A stretch of 64,000 nucleotides of DNA, from assembly GCF_030028105.1 (NCBI RefSeq), contig NC_092393.1, positions 33,457,248 through 33,521,247 on the forward strand. Direction: 5' to 3'. Position 1 is the stretch's first letter; each line of letters starts with the position of its first letter. This document shows positions 13,565 through 25,570 of this stretch, one piece after another. Position numbers and translations under genes: made by a program. The notes beneath the pieces are model-generated. The model ran no database searches. It worked only from the letters and a program-made list of their open reading frames with translations, and was not told the DNA's origin. This DNA is from Mobula birostris. Taxonomy: Eukaryota.

Positions 13565-14816
13565 AAAATTGATACCAGTACCCAGCTGGAAGCCCGAGAA
13601 GAGCTTATTCGTCATTTACGCCGGGAAAACACTACATCCTTTTTCATGCTCCAGTCCCCTAAATGTGGACTAGAATGGGTTTCCTAACAACTAGGCATTG
13701 TCAAGTAGAAAATACTGCACAACATATGTTAAAAGAAAATAACTGTTGAGGTTCAAAATAGATTAAAAACATTAAACATGCAAATATCCAAACTTCTCAA
13801 TAAGTGCATTAATGGTGTGTGTCCAGCTATTAAAGTGAAACAGCATGAAGCACAGACTACTGGATATGTATTGTTCCCACCGTTTCAGTATAATGTTCCC
13901 ATTTTCTGATAGAACATCGATTAATTTCTCTACAGAAAGATTGGCCTCTTCATGTGGATAATCCATAAGAACAAAATCACAGCAATAAGTTTATGATTAT
14001 TTTTGCATTAATTGGCAATTACTGGGATTATCTAAAGTATATTAAAATCTGACATCTATAATTACTTCCTGTCTCCTTCTTTGATCATAAAGTTCTATAT
14101 CTACATTTATGATGGGAATCAGCCAAGCTTGAAATTGGGAAATTATCTATTGCTCACGCTGACCAATGTGCATTACACATTGTACTTTCCTTATAATATT
14201 TAGTTCCATTCAATGTAACTAAAAATCAAGAAGGGTCTAAATCAGACAGGAAATCAGCAGTGCCTTACAAACGCAGATTACAAAAATGGGCATTTTGTTC
14301 TGAGTTCTGTGATGACAGGATATTAGCAAGTGGACAGTGAAAATGTTTAAGGATATTCTCAAAGCTTTAAAGAGATATTGTATCCCCACTGACTCTTGGA
14401 ACCTCTGACCCATATCCATTCAAAGTGGAGCAGAGCACTGAGAACCTCAAAGTCACAGAAGGACACAGAAGCCCTGAGGAAATGATAGAAGACATGAACC
14501 AACTTAGAGAATTCCTTATCCATCTCCAGAAGAGTCTGTGGTTCCCAGATTCACCTCATTGGTCACCATAGAGCCCATAAAATGGAAGTGGAAGCAAATC
14601 ATGCTTGATCCCAAGTGATTTTCTAAGAGAGCGGAAAGAGAGAAATATCTTATGCACTAAGAAATAAAGTACCATTTTTCCCTGGCCTATCTCTATAACA
14701 TAATTCTACTAGCACTTGCATTACAAAGGAGAAACTGCAAAAGTAGGTCAGGATAAAAAAGGAAATAGGAGATTATAATCCTCTGACACCTCTGACTCTT
14801 TCAGATTTAAGCAGAG

Positions 14817-15745
14817 TTCAAAGTAAAATTTATTTTCTAAGTACATATATGTCACAACCCTGACATTCATTTTCTTGTGGGCATGCTCAATAAATCCATA
14901 GAATAATAACCATAACAGAATCAATGAAGGACCAGACCAGCTGGGTGTTCAACCAGTGTGCAGAGACAACAAACTATGCAAGTACAAAAAGAAAGAAATA
15001 ACAACGGTAATTGGTTGGCTGGCATCCGTCTGTCTCAAAGAACAATGGGTGATGATGATCATCATCACAAGCCTGTGCAGAAGTTATGGAAGACCTGAGA
15101 TACCCAGTCGGAAAGACCCCTCTCTCGGCCTCACCAGTGTAGTCCAAAGGAAAGTTTATGAAGCAGTACGTTTGGCACCAGCTTGGCTGCAGGAGCTGGT
15201 GGAAGGAGGTTCAATGAGATCCAGCCACCTTAGGGGCTCCACTCCAGATTTGCTGTCTGGGATTACTCCCGTAGCATTTGCCTCTCCCGAGGCTGCCCAC
15301 AAGGTAGCAGGACTATTTACCCATAGCTGGGGATCTGGTTCACTTGCACCAAGCCATGTCCACACACTGATGGGCCTGTGTGCTACATGCACAGGGGCCA
15401 GATCTCCATTCCGTCCTCTATAGTTAAGCCCAAGCCCAAAAGGAGTTCAGTTTCTGTGTGTCACCAGTGAGGAGGTACTACATGAGGCTTGCTGTTGGGG
15501 AGGCTAGGTGCTGGCAGGGAGAGGCTTACACATTCAGCTCTTTTCGCAAGACTGCTAGCCAGTGGTAGAAGCTGAAAGTGAGAGTGACAAACACTACCTC
15601 TACACTACCGTACTAGACGCATCACTACAACCATTTGAACACCAAGAATAATAAATAAATAAATAAACAATAAATATGGAGAGCATGAGATGAAGAGTCC
15701 TTGAAAATGGGTCTACAGATTGTGCGGATATTTCCATGATGGGGC
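14817..15745 (-). mobile_element. Rex1/Babar-type 3' UTR fragment split by the insertion at ~15010-15640
   Basis: ttcaaagtaaaatttattttctaagtacatatatgtcac.. resumes after 15645 with aataaataaacaataaatatggagagcatgagatgaagagtccttgaaa; homologous to 16668-16934. Confidence 0.7.
15010..15640 (-). mobile_element. Probable RTE-derived non-autonomous element (5' UTR-like body + short tail)
   Basis: GC-rich non-coding block inside another repeat, with tttggcaccagcttggctgcaggagc and ttaggggctccactccagattt motifs I recall from RTE 5' UTRs; (ttgg)n tail at the left end. Confidence 0.5.
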
Positions 15746-16667
15746 AAGTTGTGATCCTGGCTAAAGTAATCCAGATGTTTGAGTTAGTAATCCATGGAAC
15801 ATGAAGCAATCGCAATCCCATTTGTCTGAGCTGTTATTAATTTCTTCTTTCACAGAAATAAAAACACTGCTTGAAATATTCAGAAAATCAGGCAGTTTTC
15901 ATGGAGAGAAACAGAGCTAATGTTTTGTTACTTAAATAATTTCCATCAGAAGTGGGAAAAGGTCTTTGTGAATTACAATGAACTTCTTTGGGGAGCAAAC
16001 ATCGAAGAAATAGGACTTTATTTAAGACACCACTGAAAGCAGGAAGCAAGACCACTTAGTATTCAGGTTGTGGTGTTAATATGAAGGAAACATGGATTTT
16101 TTTGGAGAAGTGATAGAACAGAATTTTGAAATATTCTTTTTGTATTTGAAGTCAGTAAACAAACTTTTAATTCAAGGAGTTGTCAAGAGGGGATAAAACC
16201 TAGAAGCAAACTAGGCCTGACATTGATACAATCATCAATTGAGAAGACATGTGAACCCAGCATAGGTATGGGGGAGGTACTAAGCTGAGAATGATAGAAG
16301 AAGATTAAGAATGCCAAAACAGCATCTGTGTCTAAGATCATTGAAAACCATGAAAAGATTGGTCAAAGTTTGAATGGCACTAAGAAGAGGGCTAGTATTT
16401 CAATGTGTGGTTAATCCGTGTGAGTTCAAAATGCCTAAGTCATGCATCATATCCGTGCGCCTCTCTCAGAATCAATATCATCACATCTACTCTGTGACAA
16501 TTGCTCTGCTAATTGCTTGGTTGGATATCCATGGGGCATACTTTTGTCAGTTACTGACACTAATTGAAGCTAGATGAAGTTCAAAGCTGAACTCAGTTTG
16601 CTCACTGTCTGCAACTGTTAGTGATGGGAATTCCAATTGTTTGGGAAGCTACTTGTCAAAGTGAAAG

Positions 16668-18455
16668 TCAAGAGTAAGTTATTGACAAAGCACGATATGT
16701 TACCATGTACTACCTTGAGATTCATCTTCTTGCAGACTTTTACAGAAAAATGAAGAAATACAATATAATTTACCGAAAACTATACATAAACTAAGCCTGA
16801 CATCAAAAGAAGACAAATTGTGCAAATAAAACTGTTGAGAACATGAGATGCAGAGTCCTTGAAAGTGAGTCTGTAGGTTGTGGAATCACTTCAGAGTTGA
16901 GGTGAGTGAAGTTATCTACACCAGTTCAGGAGTCTGTGATAGTATTGGGTTCACTGTCCACAAAAGTCTAAAGTAAAAGAAGATTTTAAGCCCTATCCAA
17001 TATGGACATCTACCTTCTATTTAGGGAGGTTATACTGTATCCACCTACTCTTCAAGATCTAGCTTTCTTCCCTGTCTAGTCCCTGCAGCAAAGTCTATCT
17101 AAGGAATGCTTGAGTGCTGGACCCCCTCCCTACCGAGGGGGAGATACTTCTAGCTGGTGAAGTAGTTTAAAGACAGTTTATTTTATTTTTAATAATACAC
17201 ATTTAAATTTAGACATATAGCTCTTAGTACACATTTAACACTCAGAGAATTTTTAATTTATAAAGTATTTCCAAACACAAGTACAATTCTTACAAACTAA
17301 AAGGACATATCAACAAGTTGCAGATGAACAAGTTGTCCATCACAGAAACCAAAAGTTGTGGAATGAACTCCAACTCTTCTTTCTGTCACCCTGTCTTTCT
17401 GTCACTCATAACAATCTTTTCTATTGTTTTGCTATTAGTTGACATTATTTGCATTATTCTCAGAAACATTTGCTGTGACAAAGTAATTAACGTGGATGGT
17501 CTAAAAGCTTCTGATGACAGAGTTCCCAGACACCTAAAATTAATGGTGACTGAGTACACAGATATCCCAACCATCGATCGTACTTGTAACTATGTTTGAT
17601 GTATTAAATGACATAAACCCATTGTCTTATGCATGGCTAATGAAGGCAAGAGGGTTCATGGTCACTTCACTTCCAAACCTCATTTCTTAGCAGCCAGCCA
17701 CACTACCCCCACCCTGCTGTAGGCCAGCAGCCTGAGCTCTGGCCTACAGCAAAGCTGTGCTTTTAACTTCAAACTGATAATTGCTTGAAGTTACATTAAG
17801 AACAGAAGACTGGTTCTTGTTTACAACAAGAGGCTGAGCAAGGAATAGTTCTCAGAAGTTTAACTTTGTCTCAAACAACTCAGACCCTTTGGAAAGGTCA
17901 AGCCACAGTCTGAGAAAGCTGAGGTTAGCAATAAGCCTCTCAGGCCCTGCAAAAGTGAAAATCCATCACAGTTGTAGGGTAGTAACTGTTCCTGAACCTG
18001 GTAATGTGGGACCTAAGGCTCCTGTACTTCTTGCCAGGTGATAACAACAAGAAGGGAGCATGGCTTGGGTGGGGGGAATCCTTGGTGATGGATTCTACTT
18101 CCCTGTGGCAGTGCTCCATGTATGTGTGCTCAATAGTGGGGAGGGCTTTGCCTGTGATGGACTGGGCTTTAACTACCACTTCCTGTTCCTGGGCCATGAT
18201 GCAATCAGTTAGGATACTCTCCACTGTGGCAGTTTGTGAACGTATTGAACTTTGTCACAGTTTTCGGTGACATGCTGAATCTATGCCAAGTAGAGGTGTT
18301 GCTGTGCCTTCTTTGTGATGGTACTTCTGTGCTGGTCCCACGACAGAGCCTCTGATAGGATAACGACAAAGAATTTGAAGTTACTGATCCTCTAATGAGG
18401 ACTGGCCCTTGGCCCTCTGACTGCTTCCTCCTGTACTCAGTAATCAGCTCTTTGG
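16668..18455 (-). mobile_element. Rex1/Babar-type LINE 3' portion interrupted by a ~1-kb LTR-like insertion
   Basis: ORF 17940-18224 (ESILTDCI..KDSPHPSHAPFLLLSPGKKYRSLRSHITRFRNSYYP) is the Rex1 RT C-terminus; the 3' UTR is at 16668-16934. Confidence 0.8.
16935..17970 (-). mobile_element. Probable solo LTR (~1036 bp)
   Basis: Starts tgtgat and ends atcaca (TG..CA, 6-bp terminal inverted repeat), splits the host LINE, and has AATAAA on the minus strand at ~17177-17187. No clean TSD. Confidence 0.6.
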
Positions 18456-18798
18456 GAGCTGTGGTGAACAGATGAAGAATGGGGGCTCTGCCTTTCTGTC
18501 ATTGTTCTGGATGCTGCAATGGATGAAGCATAAAGGGCAAAAATCCTCTGTGCTCAGAGATACTGGAAGCCAGCTGAGACCATAGTAAAGCACAATGGAA
18601 ATATGTGATGCCGCATTGCAAAGATTGTAATAAACTCACATGCATGGTAAAGGTCACTGAAGACATAACAAATCTATTTGGCAGCAATCATATTTCTGTC
18701 CCTTTCATGCATCCCCATCACTCATCCTATAACAGTCTCTAGTAATCACAGCTTGCCTAATTTCCATATGCTCCATCACACATTTTAAATAACTGCAG

Positions 18799-18850
<52 letters not shown>
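18799..18850. repeat. Compound (TA)n(CA)n microsatellite
   Basis: tatatatatatata followed by a (ca)n run. Confidence 0.95.
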
Positions 18851-18851
<1 letters not shown>

Positions 18852-19739
18852 CTCTTGTCACTTCCCTCCCATATTCTGTTATTCTGTTCATTTGTTGTTG
18901 TTGTTCATTTCTCAGTTCTGGAAGCCAAGAACTCCCACCTGGGTGAACAGTAATAGAGCAAAGAAGGAAGCATCTGCCATTTGATCAGACGGTTGCACCC
19001 ACTGACTCAGATATTGGATCTGCTTGTAGTGAGTAATTGAGTATGAGCAACCTTTAGCTGGGAGGAGGAGTTCAGGAACCTGGAGACTGCACATTTTACA
19101 CCAGAGGACTTGGATGATGACTTCAAAAAAATCCCGCAACCAAAGCTGATGGACATGCAAAGTCAATTTGTTTTGAGCCGAAGGCACGAAAATTTCATGC
19201 CATTGTTATTTTGGTGGTTACTGAAATGGCAGTTCACACCCTCTAGCATATTTGCAGGTGTGGATGCAGTGCTGGCAGATTTCTGTGAAGATCTCTGTGG
19301 AGAAACAAACTCTCATTAAATATTTCTCCCTGGATGTCTTATTATAAGAAAAATTCTTGGAGGATACTCTGGCAGGGCAAGGCCTCCTGACCAAAAGCTT
19401 TTCCTGTTTTCTTTCTGTCTCTCCTGACACATCAGCATGTTGTCTGGGCTCTCTTTTCCCCCTCCCTTTCACACAGAGAGTGATGAGGTACAACCATCAA
19501 AACCTTTGTCCCTTTGAAGTTGTTGTTTTCTCAAGCAGTGTGGGTTTAGGCCTCAATGGTCCCTAACAATGCATTCTCCAGCTAATCATGTCACTTCTAA
19601 TACAGTCACATTAAATCCTTCTGTCATTGAGGATCATTTAATTTGCAGTTTTGCTGCTCGGTTCAGTCTTGTGTGTAAGGTTAATTAATATGTGATGCTA
19701 GCATGTAGATGTTGAGAAAGCAGTTATGAATCAATGGTG

Positions 19740-20950
19740 AATGCAGTTATTAGCGAGAGTGAATTTGTTCCGTCTTTCATGAACTGGACATATCTGGACA
19801 ATGTCCTACATTGTCCAATGGTTATCAAGGTTGGGACAGCTTGGCTAAGACATGGAGATTCTGGACTGAAAAACAACAATACCACAGCCAGGATGTTCTC
19901 TGTTCCCTTAAGCTTTATCCAGTTCACTGAGCTATTTTTGATATCATACAAAGTAAATGAACTGGCTGAAATCTGACACCTGTAATAGTAGGGATTTTAG
20001 GAGGATGCTGGATTATTCACTTGGCATTCCTGGCTGAATATTGCTGTGAATGCCTTAACCTTTTCACCAGCAATTTTGGACTGGCTTCTGTTATCATTTG
20101 GTTATTAGTTTCACCTCCTCTGTTAGCTGTTTATGTGTTTACTGCTGTTCCTGCTGGAGTGTGGCAGAACTGCTGAGTACTCATCTGATTCATCGGTTGT
20201 AGACCCAGCACATCCTTGGGTCTGTTGGTTGTTAATGTAAGTGACACATTTCACTAAATGTTTTGAAGTACATGTGATAAATAAATCTGAATTTGAATCT
20301 GTCTTAGCTTTACCCATTGCAAGCTATTCTTGTGACTTTGATGGAATCGGGATGTTTCCATTGGCTTGATGCAATGGCAAGGTAAGGAAAATGGTAGGTG
20401 TTCCGTTTACAGAGTGTGTCGGTGCATATTTCTGCTGCTATTACTGCTCCTTGGTGTCTCATGCATACTCAGTTTTGAATCGCTGCATGTCTTCCGAATC
20501 TGTGCCATTCACCACAATTATAGTACCATGCAACATGATGGAATATGCTCAATATGAAAGCAAAACTGCGTGTTGATTATTTAGATCACATAGTACTGCT
20601 GAAGACATGGTTGGACAAGCTTATCCTTCATGTTGGTTTTCTCACTCCCTGATGCAGATCCAGTCTGACAGCTATGCTCTTCAGAACTTAACTAGCTTAG
20701 GGAGTGGTGATGCTCGTAAGCCATTCTTAGTGATGTTCTTTAAAGCCCCCCATCTTGACTTCATTCTATGCCTTTGCTGCTTTTGATACTGCTCTCAAAT
20801 GCCCAAGATGGAAAGTACTGACTCATCAAAGAATATAAATTAGTCAAGTCATAAGACTGCTACATCAGGTATATTTGCCTTTATCTACTTCATCAGCTGG
20901 GATTTTGTTAGTCAGTTCCAGACATCATGCCCAGACAACAGCAGGACCAA
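19740..20950 (-). mobile_element. Old CR1/Jockey-group LINE fragment (APE endonuclease to RT N-terminus)
   Basis: Degenerate minus-strand translation YDIKN..KGTENILAVVL (cf. KAMGPDNIPAVVLK) and a DESVL..GGF..HH.EWL APE-like stretch at ~20640-20826. A small Rex1 tail is inserted at ~20210-20300. Confidence 0.55.
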
Positions 20951-21083
20951 TCACTATAATAGAATTAGAATCGAGTAAGAATCAGGTTGAATATCACTGG
21001 CATATGTTGTGAAATTTGTGTTTTGCAGGCAGCAGTAAATTGCAATGCATAATAATAAAAATAACGATAAATTACAATAAGTA

Positions 21084-21770
21084 TGTAAGGGGTTTCTTTT
21101 TTTATGTCACTACGTAGTCTAATTAAAATGGCTTCTTTGTTATGTTATAATTGGAAGGGCTTCTTTGTTATGTTAACTGCTGAGAAAGTCCTTTCCGCTA
21201 GCAGATTGTTTTGGATTATGTATTGATATGAGGATGAATGAACCAAATGTGATAGTTGTTATGCTTTTGGTGTGTCTGAAGATATTGTATGCGTGGGGTT
21301 TTGGGGCAGAAGGCGGGAGAGAGAGACAGAAGATGGACCAGGTGCTGTGAGTCCACTAACGGGGTTAGACCCCGACCGGGGCGTTCGGCAAGGAGAGGAG
21401 ACGGAGACGGACTCATGTGGAGCGTCTGGTCATCCACCATTGTTGGTCCCAGGCAGCCGGTCGAGGTGGTCCGAGGGGTCGCAGGGTGAAGAAGAAGGGT
21501 CCTGAGCTCCAACTGTTTGTGCACGAAGAGATTGAACTTTGATTAGTGTGGTGCCTTTTATTTTCCTTTTATATTTTATTCTCTATTAATTATATAGTTC
21601 CAGTAATATCTATAAACTGTAAAGCATTTAATCGTATCTGATGTATTGTCTGTTATTTGGGCGGGGTGGGGTACATCACACAGCATCCACACAAACTGAT
21701 TACCCAGTTTGGCGGGGACGAGGGCTGTTTCCTTAGACGACAGCAAGCCGAGCGACCCTGAGGCTGGTCA
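21084..21770 (+). mobile_element. Probable solo LTR (Gypsy/ERV-like), possibly 3'-clipped
   Basis: Begins tgtaag and ends ..gtca, with an internal duplicated ggcttctttgttatgtta. CpG-rich and cleanly interrupts the host LINE 3' UTR (compare the uninterrupted copy at 7590-7640). No TSD visible. Confidence 0.65.
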
Positions 21771-22176
21771 AAATTAATTAAATATGCAGTGCCAAATGAG
21801 ATGAAAAGTATACTGAGATCATGGATTCATTGTCAATTTAGAAATCTGATGACGGAGAGGAAGAAGCTTTTCCTGAGTATGTGGCTTCATGCTCTTGTAT
21901 CTTCCCTGTTAATGGTAATAATGAGAAGAGGGGCATGTCTTGCATGATGGGAGTCCATAATGATAGATGCTGCCCTTTTGAAGATACCCTCGATGCTGTG
22001 GAAGCTTGTGCCCAAGTTGGAGATGGCCGAGTTTACAATGTTCTGCAGCTTTATCTAATCCTGTGCAGCGTCCCCTCCATACCAGACACTGATACAACTA
22101 GTTAGAATGTTCTTCACGGTACATCTGTAGAAATTTTCTAACGTCTTTGCCAATGTACCAAATCTCCTATGAAATA

Positions 22177-24680
22177 GGAGTTCACTGACAGCACTTACTG
22201 ACGGCAGTCTACATTCCCCCCCAGGCGGACGTGGAGTGTGCTCTGAACATACTGTATGCCAACATCAGTGAACTTGAGACCAGATATCCAGAGGCTTTGC
22301 TCATTACAGCTGGGGACTTTAACTAGACCAACCTCAGAAAGGCGCTGCCAAAGTTATACCAATATGTCTCTTGCCCCTCTAGAGGCCCGAATATACTTGA
22401 CCACTGCTACACAGCAGTCAAGGATGCCTACCGTTCTGTCCGACGACCTCACTTCGGAAAATCGGACCATCAGGCCGTACTCCTCCTTCCGGCTTACAAA
22501 CAGAAACTGAAGCGGGAGGTCACGGTGTCAAAAGTGGTGTCGCATTGGACAGAGGAAACGGATGAGGTCCTCTGTGACTGCTTTGAATCGGTGGACTGGT
22601 TAGTATTCAAGGACTCGGCAGCTAACCTCGATGAGTATGCCTCAGCTGTCACGGACTTTATCTGGAAATGCACAGAGGACTGTGTGTCTTGCAAGACGAT
22701 CCTGGTATTCCCTAACCTGAAACCTTGGATGAATTATGAGGTTAAGTCCATTTTGAAGGCTAGAGCTGTGGCTTTTAGGTCCAGGGATACCAGTCACTAC
22801 ACGGAATACAGGCATGAACTCCAGAAAGCCATTAAGGGCACCAAGAGGCACTATCAAACCAAGTTGGAAGCCCAGGCTAACCAGAGGGATGCCAGTAGAC
22901 TATGGCAGGGTCTAAATGAGATCACTGGGCACAAAGGAAAGGCTGGGAATATCAATAACAGTGGCGCTTCTCTTCCTGACGAACTTAATGTATTCTATGC
23001 AAGATTCGAACAGAAGAGCAGCGTCCTGCTCCCTCCGGATGAACCGGACCTGGTGACATCGAGATTCATTGTCACCGAGGAAGACGTTAGAGGGGCCTTC
23101 CTGAAGATAAATCCAAGGAGGGTGACGGGCCCAGATGGCGTCCCGAGATGGGTTCTCTGGGCCTGTGCAAGCGAACTAGCTGGAGTGTTTGCTGACATCT
23201 TCAACTGCTCCTTGCTTCAGTCTAATATCCCCTCGTGTTTTAAGAAGACAACGATAATCCCGGTGCCGAAGAAGAGCAAGGTGGCATGCCTGAATGACTA
23301 TCGACCTGTGGCTCTGACATCAATTGCTATGAAGTGCTTCGAGAGATTGGTTATGGCACACATCAACCACAGCCTACCAGTCAACCTCGATGCTTTGCAA
23401 TTCGCCTACTGGAGCAACAGGTCAATGGCAGATGCCATCTCTCTGGCCCTACATTCCTCCTTAGAACACCTGGAGAATAAAGATGCATATGTAAGGCTCC
23501 TTTTCATTGACTACAGCTCTGCAATTAATACCATCATTCCAAATAAACTGATTCCTAAGCTCCTGAACCTGGGCCTTAGCACTCAAATCTGCAGCTGGAT
23601 CTTCAACTTCCTCACAGATAGGACCTAGGCTGTAAAAGTAGGGGACAAGCTCTCCTCTACAATCACTCTGAGTACCGGTGCCCCACAAGGCTGTGTACTC
23701 AGCCTCCTGCTGTACTCACTGTACATCCACGATTGTGTAGCCAAGTTTCCATTGAACCCAATATATAAGTTTGCTGATGACACCATAATTGTAGGCCATA
23801 TCTCGGGTAATGATGAGTTTGAGTACAGAGGGGAAATTAAGAACCTGGTGGCATGGTGTGAAGACAATAACCTATCCCTCAATGTCAGCAAGACGAAGGA
23901 ATTGGTTGTTGACTTCAGAAAGAGTAGCTGACCACATGACCCCATTTACATCGGTGGTGCGCAAGTGGAACAGGTCAAAAGCTTTAAGTTCCTCAGGGTC
24001 AATATCACAAATGAGCTGACTTGGTCCAACCAAGCAGAGTCCATTGCCAAGAAGGCCCACCAGCTCCTTTACTTCCTGAGAAAGCTAAAGAAATTTGGCC
24101 TGTCCCCTAAAACCCTCACTAATTTGTATAGATGTACCATAGAAAGAATTCTTCTAGGGTGCATCACAACCTGGTACGGAAGTTGTCCTGTCCAAGACCG
24201 GAAGAAGCTGCAGGAGATCATGAACACGGTGCAGCACATCACACAAACCAATCTTCCATCTTTGGACTCACTTTACACCACACACTGTCGGAGCAGTGCT
24301 ACCAGGATAATCAAGGACACGACCCACCCAGCCAACACAGTTTTCGTCCCTCTTCCCTCCGGGAGAAGGTTCAGGAGCTTGAAGACTCATACAGCCAGAT
24401 TTGGGAACAGCTCCTTTCCAACTGTGATAAGACTGCTGAACGGATCCTGACCTGGATCTGGGCCGTACCCTCCAAATATCTGGACCTGTCTCTCGGTTTT
24501 TTTTTTTTGCACTGCCTTACTTTCCCTTTTCTGTTTTCTGTTTATGATTTATAATTTAAATTTTTAATATTTACTATCAATTTGTACTCCAGGGAGCGGG
24601 AAGCGCAGAATCAAGTATCACTGTGATGATCGTACATTCTAGTATCAATTGTTTGGCGACAATAAAGTATAAAGTATAAA
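22177..24680 (+). mobile_element. 5'-truncated Rex1/Babar LINE (partial APE + RT + 3' UTR)
   Basis: GPDGVP, LNDYRPVALTS, LLFIDYSSAINT, GAPQGCVLS, KFADD, FKFL, LPSGRRFRS; (aaagtat)n tail at 24664-24680. Confidence 0.95.
22200..24450 (+). pseudogene. Disrupted Rex1-type EN-RT ORF
   Basis: ORFs 22525-23628 and 23965-24450 are in the same frame, separated by premature stops (23626, ~23929). Confidence 0.9.
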
Positions 24681-24988
24681 TATAGCCACTGTTGTGCTTG
24701 CTTCGTAATTGCAACAATATGTTGGGCCCAGGATAGATCCGCAGAGATGTTGACATCCAGGAACTAGAAACTGCTCAGCCTTTCCGCTGCTGATCCCTCA
24801 ATAAGGACTGTTGTGTTTTCCCTCGACTTCCCCTTCCTGAAGTCTACAATCAATTCCTTAGTCTTACTGATGTTGAGTGCAAGGTTGTCATTGTGACACC
24901 ACTCAATCTGCTGATCTATCTCACTCCTGTATACCTCTTTGTCACCACCTGAAATTCAGCCAACAATAGTTGCGTTGTCCGCAAATTT

Positions 24989-25570
24989 CAAAGTTCGAAG
25001 GACATTAATTATCAAGTACGTGTACTATATGCAACCTCGAGATTCGTCTCCTTACAGGCAGCCACAAAACAAACCCAATGGAACCCATTAAAAAAAGATC
25101 ATCAAACACCCAATATACAGAAAAAGAAAAAAAAACACAAATCATGCACATAATAAAAGTAAACAAATGGCATTCAGAACTGAAGTTCACAACACTGAGT
25201 CCACATCTACAAAGCCAGCCACAGCAGATTCAGGAGTCCCTTAGCTGTAGACCAGAGCCTCAGTTCAGCACAGGGACGAGCATACCATATGGAACAGCAA
25301 GTTGAACAGGCCCGTCCTTCACCTCTAGCCCTGACATTCTGACCTTTTTAATCTTGTATGGCTCTTAAATTGTCCAAAGCTTGTGTTGTTCCTTGCTCTC
25401 AGACCAGGCTCTGTCACTTTGATATGTTCTCAGGTGTGGGCCCCGCCACCTCGATTTGACCTGTACACGACCTTTCATACTTGGCTTAATGTTCAAATGG
25501 ACTGAACTTCCGGTCTTTCCTCGTTCTTGGGCCCTGCCTCCACTCACGTCACCTTGGTTCTCGGTACGTT
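24989..25570 (-). mobile_element. Non-coding element with a Rex1-type 3' tail (same family as 30012-30607)
   Basis: Tail caaagttcgaag..attatcaagtac; body cattcagaactgaagttcac..gagtccaca..acaaagccag matches the reverse complement of ~30380-30430. Confidence 0.7.

Larger units (their letters stand above)
12408..13645. mobile_element. Penelope-like element (Penelope/Poseidon-type) with inverted structure: minus arm 12408-~12988, plus arm ~12990-13645
   Basis: GIY-YIG motif GIYRIPCEC..Y (minus) and C*AMYIGQTG (plus, ~13150-13180). RT-thumb-like SHHHASQHRLALSTLTNHAK..FLQNGY. The same pseudo-LTR lies at both ends in opposite orientation. Confidence 0.85.
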
